Below are positions 41,590 through 56,544 of a stretch of 64,000 nucleotides of DNA, piece after piece (position 1 is the first letter of the stretch; the number at the start of each line of letters is the position of its first letter). The notes under the pieces are model-generated. The model made no database searches, had not been told where the DNA came from, and saw only the letters and a list, made by a program, of their open reading frames with translations. Position numbers and translations under genes: made by a program. Origin of the DNA: the human T2T-CHM13v2.0 reference genome, Homo sapiens; NCBI RefSeq assembly GCF_009914755.1, contig NC_060939.1. One strand, written 5' to 3'.

Positions 41590-42105
41590 CAGTGGGTACA
41601 ATTGTAGCTTAATGTGAATATTTTCTTAAGTCGTTAAATATTCTAGAATATAATTTTTAGTGGCTACATTATGTTCAGTGTATGATATACATTAGTTGTA
41701 ATCAGTCTCCTATTGTTGGATATTTTAGTTATTTTTAAACAATGTTGCATACCATCCTGAGTTCTGTCTCCATCCAGATCTCTTACTTTTCCCTTGAGAT
41801 AGTCTAAGAATGGAGTTAAAAGAGAGGAAAATATTTAATTTTATTCTTTCTGTTAAATTGCCCTCTAGAAAAGAAGTATTTAGTATATGAGAGTGCTTAA
41901 ACTTTGAAATGTCTGTACAGTTGTCTGAATTTTTCTTTGCCAATTTTGAAGGTAGAAAATGAAGTCTTATTTTTTAAATGCTTTATGGTAAAATAAAATT
42001 GATTTAAAAACTTATTAGGTTGTTTTGCGGTAACTAGAATGTTTTTAAATGCTATATTATAAATAGAATTTAAGTGCTCATGTAAAAGCCATTTGTACAT
42101 CATTT
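41590..42105 (-). mobile_element. Old L1ME-type fragment
   Basis: tcagtctcctattgttggatatttt...ctttgccaattt. Confidence 0.5.
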
Positions 42106-42519
42106 ATTTAACTCTTACCATCTTCTGTGCAGTATGGTATAGTCTAAAGAACACTGGACTTGAAATTGGGAGATGGATTTCTTTTGTAGCTATTTTTAAT
42201 TTATTCTCTAATCCTGGGCTCTGTAGGCCTCAGTTTGCTGATTTATAAATTAAAGAATTTGGACTAAGCATCATATGCGCCCTTCCTTTGTTGATGGTGT
42301 ATGATTTAGACTTTGTTAATTTTATTATATTGTTATTTTTGACATACTTAAACAAAAGACTTAAGAGTAGAAGTGGTAGGAAGATGAGGTAAAAGCATGC
42401 ATTTTGAACAATTAAGATACAAAATTTGGAAACAATTGGTATATTAATAGTCTTTTAAGACTTACTTTGGGCTTAATAGCCATGTATCTTTGATGACACA
42501 AAATTTTGTACTACTCAAT

Positions 42520-42825
42520 TTTGTTTTTTATGTATTTATTTATTTTAAAGAGGCAGGGTCTTGCAGTGTTGTCCAGGCTGGAGGGCAGTACAGTGGTATG
42601 ATCATAGCTCACTGCAGCCTTGAACTCCTGGGTTCAAGTGATCTCCCACCTGTGCCTCTTAAGTAGCTAGGACGACAGGTGTGCCACCACACCTGGCTAA
42701 TTTTAAAATTTTTTGTGGTGATCGGGTCCTGCCCAGGCTGTTCTCAAATTCCTTGGCCCAAGTGATCCTCTTGCCTTGGCCTCCCAAAGGGCTGGGATTA
42801 CTGGCATGAGCCACCATGCACAGCC
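42520..42825 (-). mobile_element. AluJ
   Basis: J-type diagnostics (atcatagctcactgcagccttgaactcctggg). Confidence 0.92.
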
Positions 42826-43367
42826 CTCATTTTAAAAAAGAGAAAAAAAGTATGGCCTCCATCTGTGGATGAATAAGTAAACAAAGGCTATTGGGCTTAA
42901 ACACCAACTTGATTAGTTCTACAAGGAATATGCTAACAAGATACCAGTCTTTATGCTTTACTTACAGAAGTAAGTTTTTTACTAGGTCATATACAAATCA
43001 GTAATGTAACACTAGGGGATAACTGTATATTAGTTTAAGAAGTTAACTCAGGTAATGAATTTTGTTATTCTTTAATGTTTAGATTTATGATAAGTATTAT
43101 GTCATAGCTGCATCTCAGAATCCAGAACCAAAATTATTACATATCTGTGAGATCGTGTTTTTGCGATACTCAGAATGAAAAACAGTTCATTAATAATGGA
43201 TTTCACGCTAAGGTATTATGTTGCTGTAGACAAAGCATTCTTAAAATTCAGAGTGTTTGCGGGCTTGAAGGAAAATGTGACGTTCTTACTAATCTCTACC
43301 TGAACATTCATAATTAAAGGAAATGTTAACAAGCTATGACAGTATTAGAGGTACTTGTGACAGCAAA

Positions 43368-43766
43368 TGTGTTAGTTTTTATTGCTGCTTTAACAACGTT
43401 CTACAAATTGGGTGGCTTAAAAAGCAACAACAAGTTTATTGTCTCACAATTACTAAAGGTCCAAAATCAAAAAGTTGGCAGGGCCATGTTCCCTCTAAAA
43501 CCAGTAGGGGAATCCTTTCTTTTGTCTTCCTTGCTTCTGGTGGTTGTTGGGAACCTTTCACATTCCTGAGCTTGGAGCTGCATAATTCCATGTCTTCATC
43601 ATCACATGGCGGTGTTCTCCCTGTGTGTTTCTATCTTCATTTGAGTGATACCAGTCATTGGATTAGGAGCCTACCCTACTGCAGTATGACCTCATCTTAA
43701 CTAATAAGGTCATGGTGCTAGGACTTCTACATGTATTTTGGGGGAGACACAGTTCAACCCATAACA
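43368..43766 (-). mobile_element. MLT1 (MaLR) solo LTR
   Basis: tgtgttagttttt...ttgggtggcttaaa...ggagacacagttcaacccataaca. Confidence 0.85.
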
Positions 43767-44833
43767 CCAATAGAAACTACGGATTTTTTTTTTCTTATAG
43801 CACAATTGCTGTTAGCTGTTACAGCTATCTTGAAATACCATTTATAGTCATCACTAATTTGAAATTATTATAGTTATTAAAGCTATTGCTAGAGCATATA
43901 TTTTAAAGTGTTAATAAAGAACCGCATTATTACCATATCAAAATGAAAAATATTTCAATAACTATGTCAATATAATTAATTTCTTTTGTAATACTGTGTA
44001 TGTTGTTTTAGGCCCCTAATATTGTTCTGAGAAAGGGGTCATAAGCTTTACCAGGCTGCCAAAAACATCCATGACACAAAAGGCTAAAATCTTCTGCAAT
44101 GGACAGAAGCCCAGAAGCCTGAACCCAAAGATAGAGATATAAAATAGGAAGAGTAAGAAACATGAGGATAAGATGAGTAACTCCAACATACAGCTAACAG
44201 TTCCAAAAGAAGAGAATAGAGGAGACGAAATATTACAAATAGTGGCTGCAAATTTTTAAGAACTAGCAAATCAAACCTCACTCAGCGAACTAGAACAAAA
44301 CAAAGCCTCACAGTCAAATGGGGTTTATCTTGAGGATGTAAGAATGGATCAACATGAGAAAAGCAGTGCATTTTATCACATTTGAAGATTAATGGAGAGA
44401 AATGATACGATCTTAATAAATGCCAGAAATGTCATTTAATCTCTGCCCATAATAAAGTAAATGTTCATAAATATAGAGACAAATTATTTTTCTGCTCTCT
44501 AGAATTTCAGATTTTTAATTTTTCTGATTTAAAACGAGGGTGTGGGATTTACTTAACTTTGGGATTTTAGTCCAAGAGTTCTAGAATCATAACTGATTTT
44601 TTTGTACTTCTGAATTAATATATCATTTCTGTTACTCAGATGTAGGATTGACTGGTGGAAATTGCCTTGTGTCTGAAATTTCTGAATTACCTTGCAAGGC
44701 ATTTCTTTCTGTGTTTGGAGAGCAAAGAATAACCTTTAGTAAATTCAAGAGTAATTGGAATTAAATTTCAGCCTAATATCAGTTTAATAATTTTATGTCT
44801 AAATTTAATCTGTATGACAGGAGTTATAATTTG

Positions 44834-44960
44834 TTTTTGTTTTTGTTTTTGTTTTTTTAATTTATTTTTTAGACGGAGTCTTGCTCTGTCTCCCAGGCTG
44901 GAGTGCAGTGGCGCCATCTCGGCTCACTGCAAGCTCCGCCTCCTGGGTTCACGCCTTTCT
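44834..44960 (-). mobile_element. 5'-truncated AluY (3' end of right arm plus tail)
   Basis: About 90 bp of Alu 3' end; perfect 17-bp TSD acaggagttataatttg at 44817-44833 and 44962-44978. Confidence 0.92.
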
Positions 44961-45479
44961 AACAGGAGTTATAATTTGGATAAAGGCCATTATGAACTTG
45001 GAATGTGGAATGTAATTCTTTTTCCTGGTAGTATTTAGTGATACTATTGCATGTGATTAAACACATTTTGCTTGAGCTGTTCATGTTGTTAGGAATTACA
45101 TTCACAAATACAGTGTTTTTTAATGACTTCTATATATTAGCATCCCGTGGCAGGATTGCCAAAAATTTAGATAAAATTTAGTGAGTTGTGTCTTTTCTGA
45201 TGCCACTTTTTCAAAGTTACTGTAACTTTTACCACTTCAGAGTGTTTTTATTCACTTCAGCACAGTCACCAAACTCTTTTTTTTTTTTTTTTTTACTGTT
45301 TTATTGTGTTATTTTTATACTGTGAGATTGGGGAGTTCTGGGGTTTCCCCCCTTAATATGTAAAAGCAGTATTAAACATTTCAGAATTTTAGTTGCTGGA
45401 TTATATATATTGACTTTTTACACTTTCAGGATAGATTTGAACAGGGACCATTAATAACTTTTTCCTAAAGAAATTCAGT

Positions 45480-46980
45480 TCAGTGGCATTTGAATGAGTG
45501 CTTACTAGGCACTTGACTTTTGCCTTAGCTTTGGAGATACAAAGATAATTAAAACTTTAAAATCGCTATCACAGTCCACAAGGGAAATAGATACTTCTGA
45601 AATGTGATGGGTGTTCTGGTTATAAAGTTCTTCAAGGCTCAAGGAGAAAGTGATTCTACCTGGGAGTTGGTGTCAGGATGGTGACTGTGTGAAGGAAGGC
45701 TTCAGGAAAGAAGTGGCATTTTAAGAGTCAGCCATGAATGAGAGCATGGAATGGGGGAAGGGTATTCCAACCAGGAAGAGAGGGGGCAGAAGACAAGCAC
45801 AGAAAGAAGAAAAAGTTGGAGGAAAGGCAATACCTTTTTGGATACAGTTGTTTGGAGGAGTTGTTAAGGAAAGTGTTGAGGGACCAGATTGTGAGTAGTG
45901 TAGATTTGTGCTTACCTGTATATCACCAACTGTGGGGCAAGGGATGGTGGCTAGGCCTAAAATATGAGACACAATATGAGCATGGCAGAAGCCCCTGGAA
46001 ATCAGTTTTTCTTGAAAAGTTGAATATTTATCTGACTGGTTAGTAATAAGATGAATTTTGAACAGAGTTCCCATTAATTTTATAGATGAAACACCGAAGA
46101 GTTGAAAGAAAATTTGTTCTTTGAGCTACCTTCCCTCCTCACCACAACTATCTTTAGTCAGTAAGGATACTTAATGAGAGACACCAGGTGAAGTTTTCAT
46201 CATGTAGACAGTGGCGACTCAGTATTTTAAGTGAGGGAATGATAATCCAATTTGTGTAAAGCAGGGCTTCTTAGGACAGTTGACTGGAGGGAGAAGAAAA
46301 TGAACTTCAGTTGATGAGGAAGAACGTAGTAAGACAACAAAACAGAGCTGGGAATAGAGCATTTGGAACTATTGGGGACTCATATGAGAAGAAATTCAAA
46401 TGTCCAACGATTATTTGACTGAATGTGAAGGAAGGAGTAGGAAGGTTGTGGGATGACTTGAACATTTTAAATTTAGGCCGCTGTAATGCTTTTAAATGAA
46501 GGTGGGAATAGAGATGAACCCGGTTTTTTAAATGGGAAAATAACCCAGTTTTGATCTTTTTTAGTCTGGGTGCTTACTGGATGTCAAGGTAGAAAGTGTC
46601 CAACAAGGTGCTTTAACTATAGGTTGAGTTCTCAAAAAGGTTAAGAGGGTAGAGTTATAGTGACATCTTCAGCATATATAGTAGTTGAGGCCAGTGGAAA
46701 ATTTCCCATTGAGAATATTAAGTAATAATGGAAAGATGACAAGTGAGAAACAGCAGTGTTTTTAAGGGAGAGTAGAAGAAAGAAGAGACGCCAAAAGACG
46801 GAAGTGGCTTAAGTGGTAGGAGAGCTCTGAGAGGAAAGTATTTTAGAAGCCAAGGGAAAAAGGAGTATTGAGAAAGCGTTAGATATCACAGAAAAATTAG
46901 ATTGGTGATTTCTAAGACAAGGATATAACCGTTAGGATGTCATTGACCTTTGTGGGAGTAATAATGGGGACAGAAGTCAG
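45480..46980 (-). mobile_element. L2 fragments
   Basis: Purine-rich degenerate L2 3' region (gagtgcttactagg...ggagatacaaagat...gaaggcttcaggaaagaagtggcattt). Confidence 0.55.
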
Positions 46981-46994
46981 GTTTTGCTATAGGT

Positions 46995-47213
46995 TGAGGG
47001 TGTCCAATCTTTTGGCTTCCCTGGTCTACTTTGGAAGAATTGTCTTGGGCCACCTATAAAATACACTAACACTAAAGGTAGCGGATGCGCTAAAAAAAAC
47101 GAATCACAAAAAAAATCTCATAATGTTATAAGAAAGTGTACAAATTTGGGTTGGGCTGCATTCAAAGCCGTCCTGCCACATGCAGCCCATGGGCCGCGGG
47201 TTGGATGAGCTTG
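46995..47213. mobile_element. MER30 hAT element
   Basis: gggtgtccaatcttttggcttccctgg...gcagcccatgggccgcgggttgga; degenerate 8-bp TSD ctataggt/ctgtagat. Confidence 0.85.
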
Positions 47214-47429
47214 CTGTAGATTAAAGAGAAAATAAGAAGTGCTGAAGCAGAGAAGTCATAGAGTAGATGCTAGTCATTTAGGGCGAAGTTAGTAGTTGAA
47301 GTTTATTTGTTGGCTCATGTCAGTAGTGGAGAAGAAGAGAAAGAAAGACTTAAGGAATGGCATAATGGATGGAGCAAGGCCTAGGACAGTCTATCAAATT
47401 GTTTTACTGGTTGTCACACACTGTTAGAT

Positions 47430-47560
47430 TTAATCCTTCTAAAGATCATGTGAGCTAAGTATCCATAGTTTACAGATGAGATAACTGAGACTCATGAAAG
47501 GTTTGGTAACTTGCCATGGCCACGCAAGAGAGTAAAGTGGTAGAACTGAGATTCAAACTG
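47430..47560 (-). mobile_element. MIR
   Basis: tttacagatgagataactgagactca...gattcaaac. Confidence 0.7.
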
Positions 47561-49638
47561 CACAGTATTTATACCACACTGTACGTCATATACTTTATTG
47601 ACAGACTAGATTTTAAAGAAAAAATTAGCTTGAAGTGGTAGATTGACACATAGAACTGATAGCTGTTTTGAAGAACTGCAAGTTTTGGTAAAGTTAAAGA
47701 GCTTGTAGAGTGTAAGTGGGAAAAATGGAAAGACAAAGAGATTTTGATCATAGAACAATGGCTCCAGAGTGATGACACGTGAGGGAAGATTAAAGTAGAA
47801 ACAGGGATGAAGGTTATTGGAGAAGCCAGGATCTGCTAAAATGTTTTTTTTTAAAAAAGAGTGAACAGGATGGATGTTTGGATAGCTAGGGTGGTATCAG
47901 GAGTTGAGGTGGAGAGAAATCCTAAGCCAGTGCCAGTGTATTTAATGTGAGTGTGGGTTGAGTGACTTAGAGTGCTGGTATCACTGTTGCCACCTCCCTC
48001 TGCAATCAAGAGAGACAGGGGTAAGGATTTTGGAATTGGAGGTTGAAGAAAAGGGTATTGGGGAAGAGGATAAGAAAAGGGAAGGGTTTAGCTGGGAAGA
48101 TTTGAGAGTATTTGCAATGATAGGATGTCATGTAATAATGGTCCTATCAGGAACGAGTGATTCTGAGAATTAGAAAGTAGAGGGGAAGAGAGACATGTAA
48201 ATAAACTATCCAAATTAAGGTCTTATTAAGAACTTTACGTTTTTATGAGAGGCAAACCAAGATGTTGACTGATATTGCAGGGTTTTATCGAATACATTAT
48301 ATTGTCATTTATGGGATTTTGTAGCCTTTGGGTTCTCCATTCTTAATGTGGTTAGAGAAGCCCTTTCAAATAAAAATTTACTAATTTAAATTTTACAGTT
48401 AACCTGGTGTTCACAACTAACATAATCCTGGGGTTACTGCTGACTGTAGCATTAAGACATTGGCAAATAACATAACCTGTCTTTGTGCTTGCCTTTTATC
48501 TATAAAACCAGGATAATATGTCCCTACTTCAGAGGGATACAACCTCTGAATGTAACCTCTCTCCCTACAATAACATTTTTTGATTAGAGATAAAAGAATA
48601 TTAAACAGAACTTTTAGTTCTTCAGAAGGAAGGTACTATGTTTATAAAATAATCAGTGCTCATTTTCATTTAGCCTGAAGGTGGGGTCGCTTTTTAAAAA
48701 GGATTATTAACCTACTAAGAAAAATTGTGTTTCATTTTAAATGTTAGAAAGCAACTTTTCAGAAAAACTTAAAATCTAAAAATTCCAACATTAGAAAAAA
48801 ATTTATATTGTGAAAATTTTCTTCCATGTTCTGGGCAGACTGAAGAGGTAGATGTAACTAGTCTTGAGTAGGTTAATAAGACAAACAACTAGCTCTAAGT
48901 AGTTTTTTTTTTAATTTTTAATACAACTATTTAGTTATAAAAGGAGTATATTTCTAGAACTTATTAAAATAATTTTAATACCTGAGCACAGTTTGGAAGT
49001 CTAAGTAGATTCGGTGTCTTGCCATCATTTTTAATGGAAAAAAACATCTTACAGTTCAATCCAGGAACTTTCAAATATTGTTGTATGGCAAGCAGAAATC
49101 TATTTTCGTGGGAGAGAATGGGAGAGGAAGATTTTTCAGCTTAGGGGAATTATTAAGTTATTAAAGGTTTAGAATTTAATTTTTTTGCAGCTGTAATTAA
49201 ACTAAGATTCCTATTAGATGGACGCACTATTTCTGCCAGCTAGAAATTCATTGTTCTTGATTTAGTCTGTTAACTGTAATTTGGACAGCTGATGGTCTGT
49301 ATGCTCATGTTTAGTTAAGTTTTATGGTCATTAACAGCTAAAGCAAAAATACGTTTACATTTTGCTTTAGCCTGATGTTTAGTCCTAGCATTCTGAAAAA
49401 ACTGTATAATTTGTTAATTCAAAAATAATTGCCTTGGACACATAATCAGAAACTTGGTTTAGGAATGAGTTATGTATGAATCAAAATCTTAAATGAGCAT
49501 AAATCAGGGACTTAAAAATATGATGAAGAATGCACATACTTTTTCTCTTGATGAAGGTTATTGGATCCAAAAATCAAACTTAATTAACTTAGTAACAGTT
49601 AAGAACATATAACAGCCTTAAATGATGTATCAAATTAG

Positions 49639-49944
49639 GGCCAGGCACGGTGGCTCATGCCTGTAATCCTAGCACTTTAGGAGGCCGAGGTGGGCAGGTT
49701 GCCTGTGCTCAGGAGTTGGAGACCAGCCTGGGCAACATGGCAAAACCCTTTCTCTACTAAAAATACAAAAAAATTATCCAGGCATGGTGGTGCATGCCTG
49801 TAGTCCCAGCTACTCGGGAGTCTGAGGCATGAGAAATGCCTGAACCCGGGAAGCTGAGGTTGCAGTAAGCCAAGATCGTGCACTGTGCTCCAGCCTGGGC
49901 AACAGAGTGAGACTTTGTCTCAAAAAACAAACAAACAAACAAAC
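49639..49944 (+). mobile_element. Alu (S/J-type) with (AAAC)n tail
   Basis: Full Alu consensus. Confidence 0.94.
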
Positions 49945-50879
49945 AGGATATTCTTCAACTTTGTATTATCATTTTTAAAGAGAAGGAGAGTGGCGAGAGA
50001 TGGATGAGACAGACTGGCTTCTAGCCACCTTAGTTTTCCTTAGCAATGTTTCCTAGTCTTGATACTTGAAGAGCAAGCAAACTGAGCTTCTAAGTGAGCC
50101 AAAAAGAAAAAAAAAAATTATTGGATGTTGTATATAGACTCTACTGCTTTTGAGTCCGAACTGTGTTTTGTGTACTAGGCCCTAGCATATAACACATAAG
50201 AAGCATAATTTGACTTACAATTACTGGCTAATAGCAGATCATCCAATTTTTGCATTTACCCTATCTCAGATTTAGTCAGGTGGTATAAGGAAAAAAATGA
50301 AAGTAAGCTAAAATCCTTTAGGAAAACAATGAGCAATAATTACATCAAAAGAAATCAACTAAAAACCCAGCACAGCTTTCAACTGCATCTAGTTCCATAC
50401 ACATTTTTGCTTGTGTACATACACATATTATTTACCTGATTAAGTATATCACCTGATATACTTAATATAAAGACTTAGGCGTATATCTAGTTTTTAAATA
50501 ATCATTTTAGTACCTGTAATATTTCACATTGTTTTACCAAAAGTTTACCTACTTGTTATCTCTTTAAAGAACACTTTAGGTTTCCAGCTCTTTGCTATTA
50601 CAAATAACATTTTTAAGGAGCATCTTTTTGCATATAAATATTTTCTTCTCTTTAGTAAAATTTCTTAAGATAAATTTACAGGAGTGGGATAAGTGTGTCA
50701 AAGAGTACAAGTGGTTTTTTAAAATTCTTAATATGAACTGCCACTTCTGAAAATTCACATTTTTTTCTATCGTGGATTATTTGTAATGAAATTTGTTCTT
50801 AAATTTCTTAGATTCCTTTTTTGTTCTTTGGTACCTTGTGGTTTTATGTAGCTCTCAGTACATAATTAAATGACAGCTC

Positions 50880-51070
50880 ATATATGAGTAAGTAACAGCA
50901 TTGGCCTAAAATCATTTCATGCATTTAGTCTTTATAATAACCATGTAAGTGTTTGTTATAATGTTACTACTCCCATTTACAAAGCCAAGGAAACTGAGGT
51001 GCAGGAAAGTTAAATGACTTGGCAAAGATTACATACTTGGTAAAGTCTTATGATTCCAAAGCCTATGCCC
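50880..51070 (-). mobile_element. MIR
   Basis: aggaaactgaggtgcaggaaagttaaatgacttggcaaag. Confidence 0.7.
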
Positions 51071-52208
51071 TAAAACAATGGCTTTCAGACTTTTTGACTG
51101 CATCACAGTAACAAACACATTCTGCATTTTGACACTTTGACATCAGCAGTGTACATACACGCACGTATGCCCATAGGATATACATATGAAAAGATTTAGT
51201 GTTTAAAAAGCTTTCCATCTTTTCCTAATACACATAATTAAAAACATTTCATATTGGGAAAACAACTGTCCTAGTGATTAGAATTCAGTGTTCACATAAC
51301 TCTGAGTTAGTTTACTGGATTTACAAATAATTATATACTTATAAAAGATTAATTTGCAATACATTGCTATATCATTTGGAGCACTTCAGTGAAGACATCT
51401 GAAAAAGCAATGATGTAATAACATTTGCTGTCTCTACTCTAGCTACAGCAATTCAATTCTGAATTCTTCTGCAGTCCCTCACAGCTCAGCCTTGAAACCC
51501 ACTCTTGTGAGTATCCTATGCCTTTTAGTATTATCTCTTATTTTCATGAAATAAGCTGAACATAAATGTGAATCTTCACTACCAACACGGAGGTACATCC
51601 TTAGAGGAGAACAACATCCCAAATACTTCACAGTAGTTTAGAACAGGGAATTTTTCAATGGCAATGGGTCTCCATCAGCATTATGTTTCCATGTAGAATG
51701 GAATAGAATACCAAAGTCAGCCTGTGTGTTGTCACAGTAAGTCTAAGTTGTTTTGTGAAAAGTTATGTGTGTGCGTGATACACTTACCCTTGTGACTACC
51801 AGTCATTCCCAAACAAATTCACAAGGATGTTGAGACCATGTAGGGGGTGGGGGAATAGCCTAAACATTTAAAAGTGACCAGGGTATAGTAAATGATAAAT
51901 CATCATACAGGACCCATCATTTAAAAAGATATTGTTAATACTGTGTTATTTGAGCATACTTTCCTTATTGCTTTATGTTAATGAAAGTAAGGTAATTAAA
52001 AGATTTTTCACAGGTTGTGTTAAAAGTGTATGGCTTCAGTCTCTTAACCTTGTTTTCTAAGTTTTTACTGTTCATTCCTTAATAGTAACCATATCATCCT
52101 AGTTGGAGAGGGATTCCTATCTACCTCAGTACATTTTCAGTCTTTGAAATCATCAGATTATAAAGGAGTTGTAGAAACAGAAATCATATTTATAGTACTA
52201 ACTTTTTT

Positions 52209-52509
52209 CTTTTTTTTTTTTTTTTTGAGACAGAGTCCCGCTCCGTCGCCTAGGCTGGAGTGCAGTGGCGCGATCTCGGCTACTGCAAGCCCCGCTTCCC
52301 GGGTTCACGCTATTCCCCTGCCTCAGCCTCCTGAGTAGCTGGGACTAAGGTGCCCACCACCATGTCTGGCTAATTTTTTTGGTATTTTTAGTAGAGACGG
52401 GGTTTCACCGTGTGTTAGCCAGGGTGGTCTGGATCTCCTAACCTTGTGATCTGCCCGCCTCAGCCTCCCAAAGTGCTGGGATTCCAGGCGTGAGCCACCG
52501 CACCCAGCC
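52209..52509 (-). mobile_element. AluY inserted at the tail end of an older AluJ
   Basis: AluY diagnostics; TSD agtactaactttttt. Confidence 0.94.
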
Positions 52510-52518
52510 AGTACTAAC

Positions 52519-52814
52519 TTTTTTTTAAGAGACAGTGTCTCTCACTTTGTTACACAGGCTGGAGTGCAGTGGCACAATCACAGCACGCTAACCTCGAACT
52601 GTCAGGCTCAAGTGATTAATCTGTCTCAGCCTCCTGAGTAGCTTGGACTACAGGTGCCTGCCGCCATGCCCAGTAATTTTTAAATTTTTTTGTAGAGACA
52701 GGGTCTTGATTTTGTTGGCCAGCCGGGCTGGTCTCAACTCCTGAGCTCAAGTGGTCCTCCCACTTCAGCCTCCCAGAGTGCTGAGATCACAGGTGTGAGC
52801 CACCATGCCTGGCC
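52519..52814 (-). mobile_element. AluJ
   Basis: Diverged J-type Alu in tandem with the preceding AluY. Confidence 0.9.
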
Positions 52815-52963
52815 CTTACTACTAGCATTTAATTCATTGTCTCTCACTGTTTTTTCCAAATGTTTGTTACTTTACTGAAAGATACTACCTTTGTTATCTG
52901 CTAAAATTTTTACTTCCATTTGCTGCCAGTTGGGCTTTATTAGAATTCTTTGAGAATCTAAAG

Positions 52964-53472
<509 letters not shown>

Positions 53473-53670
53473 CAAATCTGGAACATTTCTATTCCTTCAA
53501 GCCCAACACCTTTTTTGAAAACTATGACATGTTCTCCATTCACTCTGCTGAAGAAAGTTTCTAATTGTTTTTTCATGGAGAGGTAACTTGAGGTAGCATA
53601 GCTTTTTCCAAAATGTGGAATTTGCCACTGGTATGTAAGATAATTTTAGTTGTTTCACAGACATGGCATT

Positions 53671-54007
53671 TATATTAGTCTGTTCTCACTGCTATAAAGA
53701 ACCATCTGAGATGGGTAATTATTAAGAAAAGAGGTTTAATTAACTCACAGTTCTGTAGGCTATACAGGAAGCTTGGCAGGGAGGCCTCAGGAAACTTACA
53801 ATCATGGTGGCAGGCAAAGGGGAAGCAAGTATTAGCAAGGCAGAGCAGGAGAGAGCCAAGTGGGAAGTGCTACACACTTCAAACAACTAGATCTCCTGAG
53901 AACTCTATCACAAGAACAGCGAGGGGGTAGTCTGCCCCTCTTTCAACACATGGGGATTACATACTCGACCTGAGATTTCAGTGGGGACACAGAGCCAAAC
54001 CAAATCA
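53671..54007 (-). mobile_element. MSTA/THE1-type MaLR solo LTR
   Basis: aaagaggtttaatt...ggaggcctcaggaaacttacaatcatgg; perfect 5-bp TSD gcatt. Confidence 0.88.
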
Positions 54008-55016
54008 GCATTAAATTAAATTGAGAAGTTATTCCTTTCTTAATACTTGTTGAATTTTAAATTAAAAAAATGTATGTATGTATGTATATATACTAATTAG
54101 TATACTAATCTTCATATATCAGCTTTTGTACATATGTCTCTTGAACTGAGTGAAATGTTTTCTTTAAACATTTCTTGTTGATACCTTTGAGGTAGTGCTT
54201 TGTAAAGCTAATCATCTTTATGATCTGCTAGATGAACCATAGATTGTTGTTCATTTGTTTGTTTTGCTTTATTTTACCTTTTAGACACTGGGTTTTTAAA
54301 GATAAATATTATATAAAAATGATTCTTCTGGTGATATGAGAATTTACTTAATAATTATTGAGCGACAAAGTCATTAGACCCAATAATAAATACCTAATTA
54401 TCCGTGTATCATGCCAAAGTGTGATATTATCTAAATGTCAGATGTTAAAGTGTTTAGATTCTATGAAAATAGTGTTTAGACCTGTTTCAGTAAGGAAATG
54501 TCTTTTAATTCAAAGTCATGTGTATGCTGCATATTTTAGTGGTAATTAAATGTTTCAGTGCAGCAGACCCTAAAGGATCAATCACACATGTGCATTGGAA
54601 TGCTGGGCTAATAGAAACAGCCAAACAGATGGAGATCAGGATGTTGCAGCATTTCTTAGTAGTCACATTTAGTCCATCTCCTGGATTTTACATTGCTCTT
54701 AGGTTTGACAGTCATTAATGTTGATACTTAATGAAATAGAGACAACTAACATTTATTGAGCACTTATTATATGTTAGAGAAAGGATAGAAACTAACATTT
54801 TTGAAGCTTACTCTGTTCCAGGTGTTAGGACAGTAGGCTTTAGAGATGAATAAAATCTAGATCTTTCCATCGTGCAGTTCTCAACCTAATGTTAGAAGTA
54901 AATGATTGATTGGTTCTTTGGTAAAAAAGGACTTAGAGATATTGATTCCCTGCTAGAGGAAATACATTTTTCCCAGGAGAGTGAGAAAAACTGCTGAAAA
55001 TAAAAATTATTTCATT

Positions 55017-56544
<1,528 letters not shown>

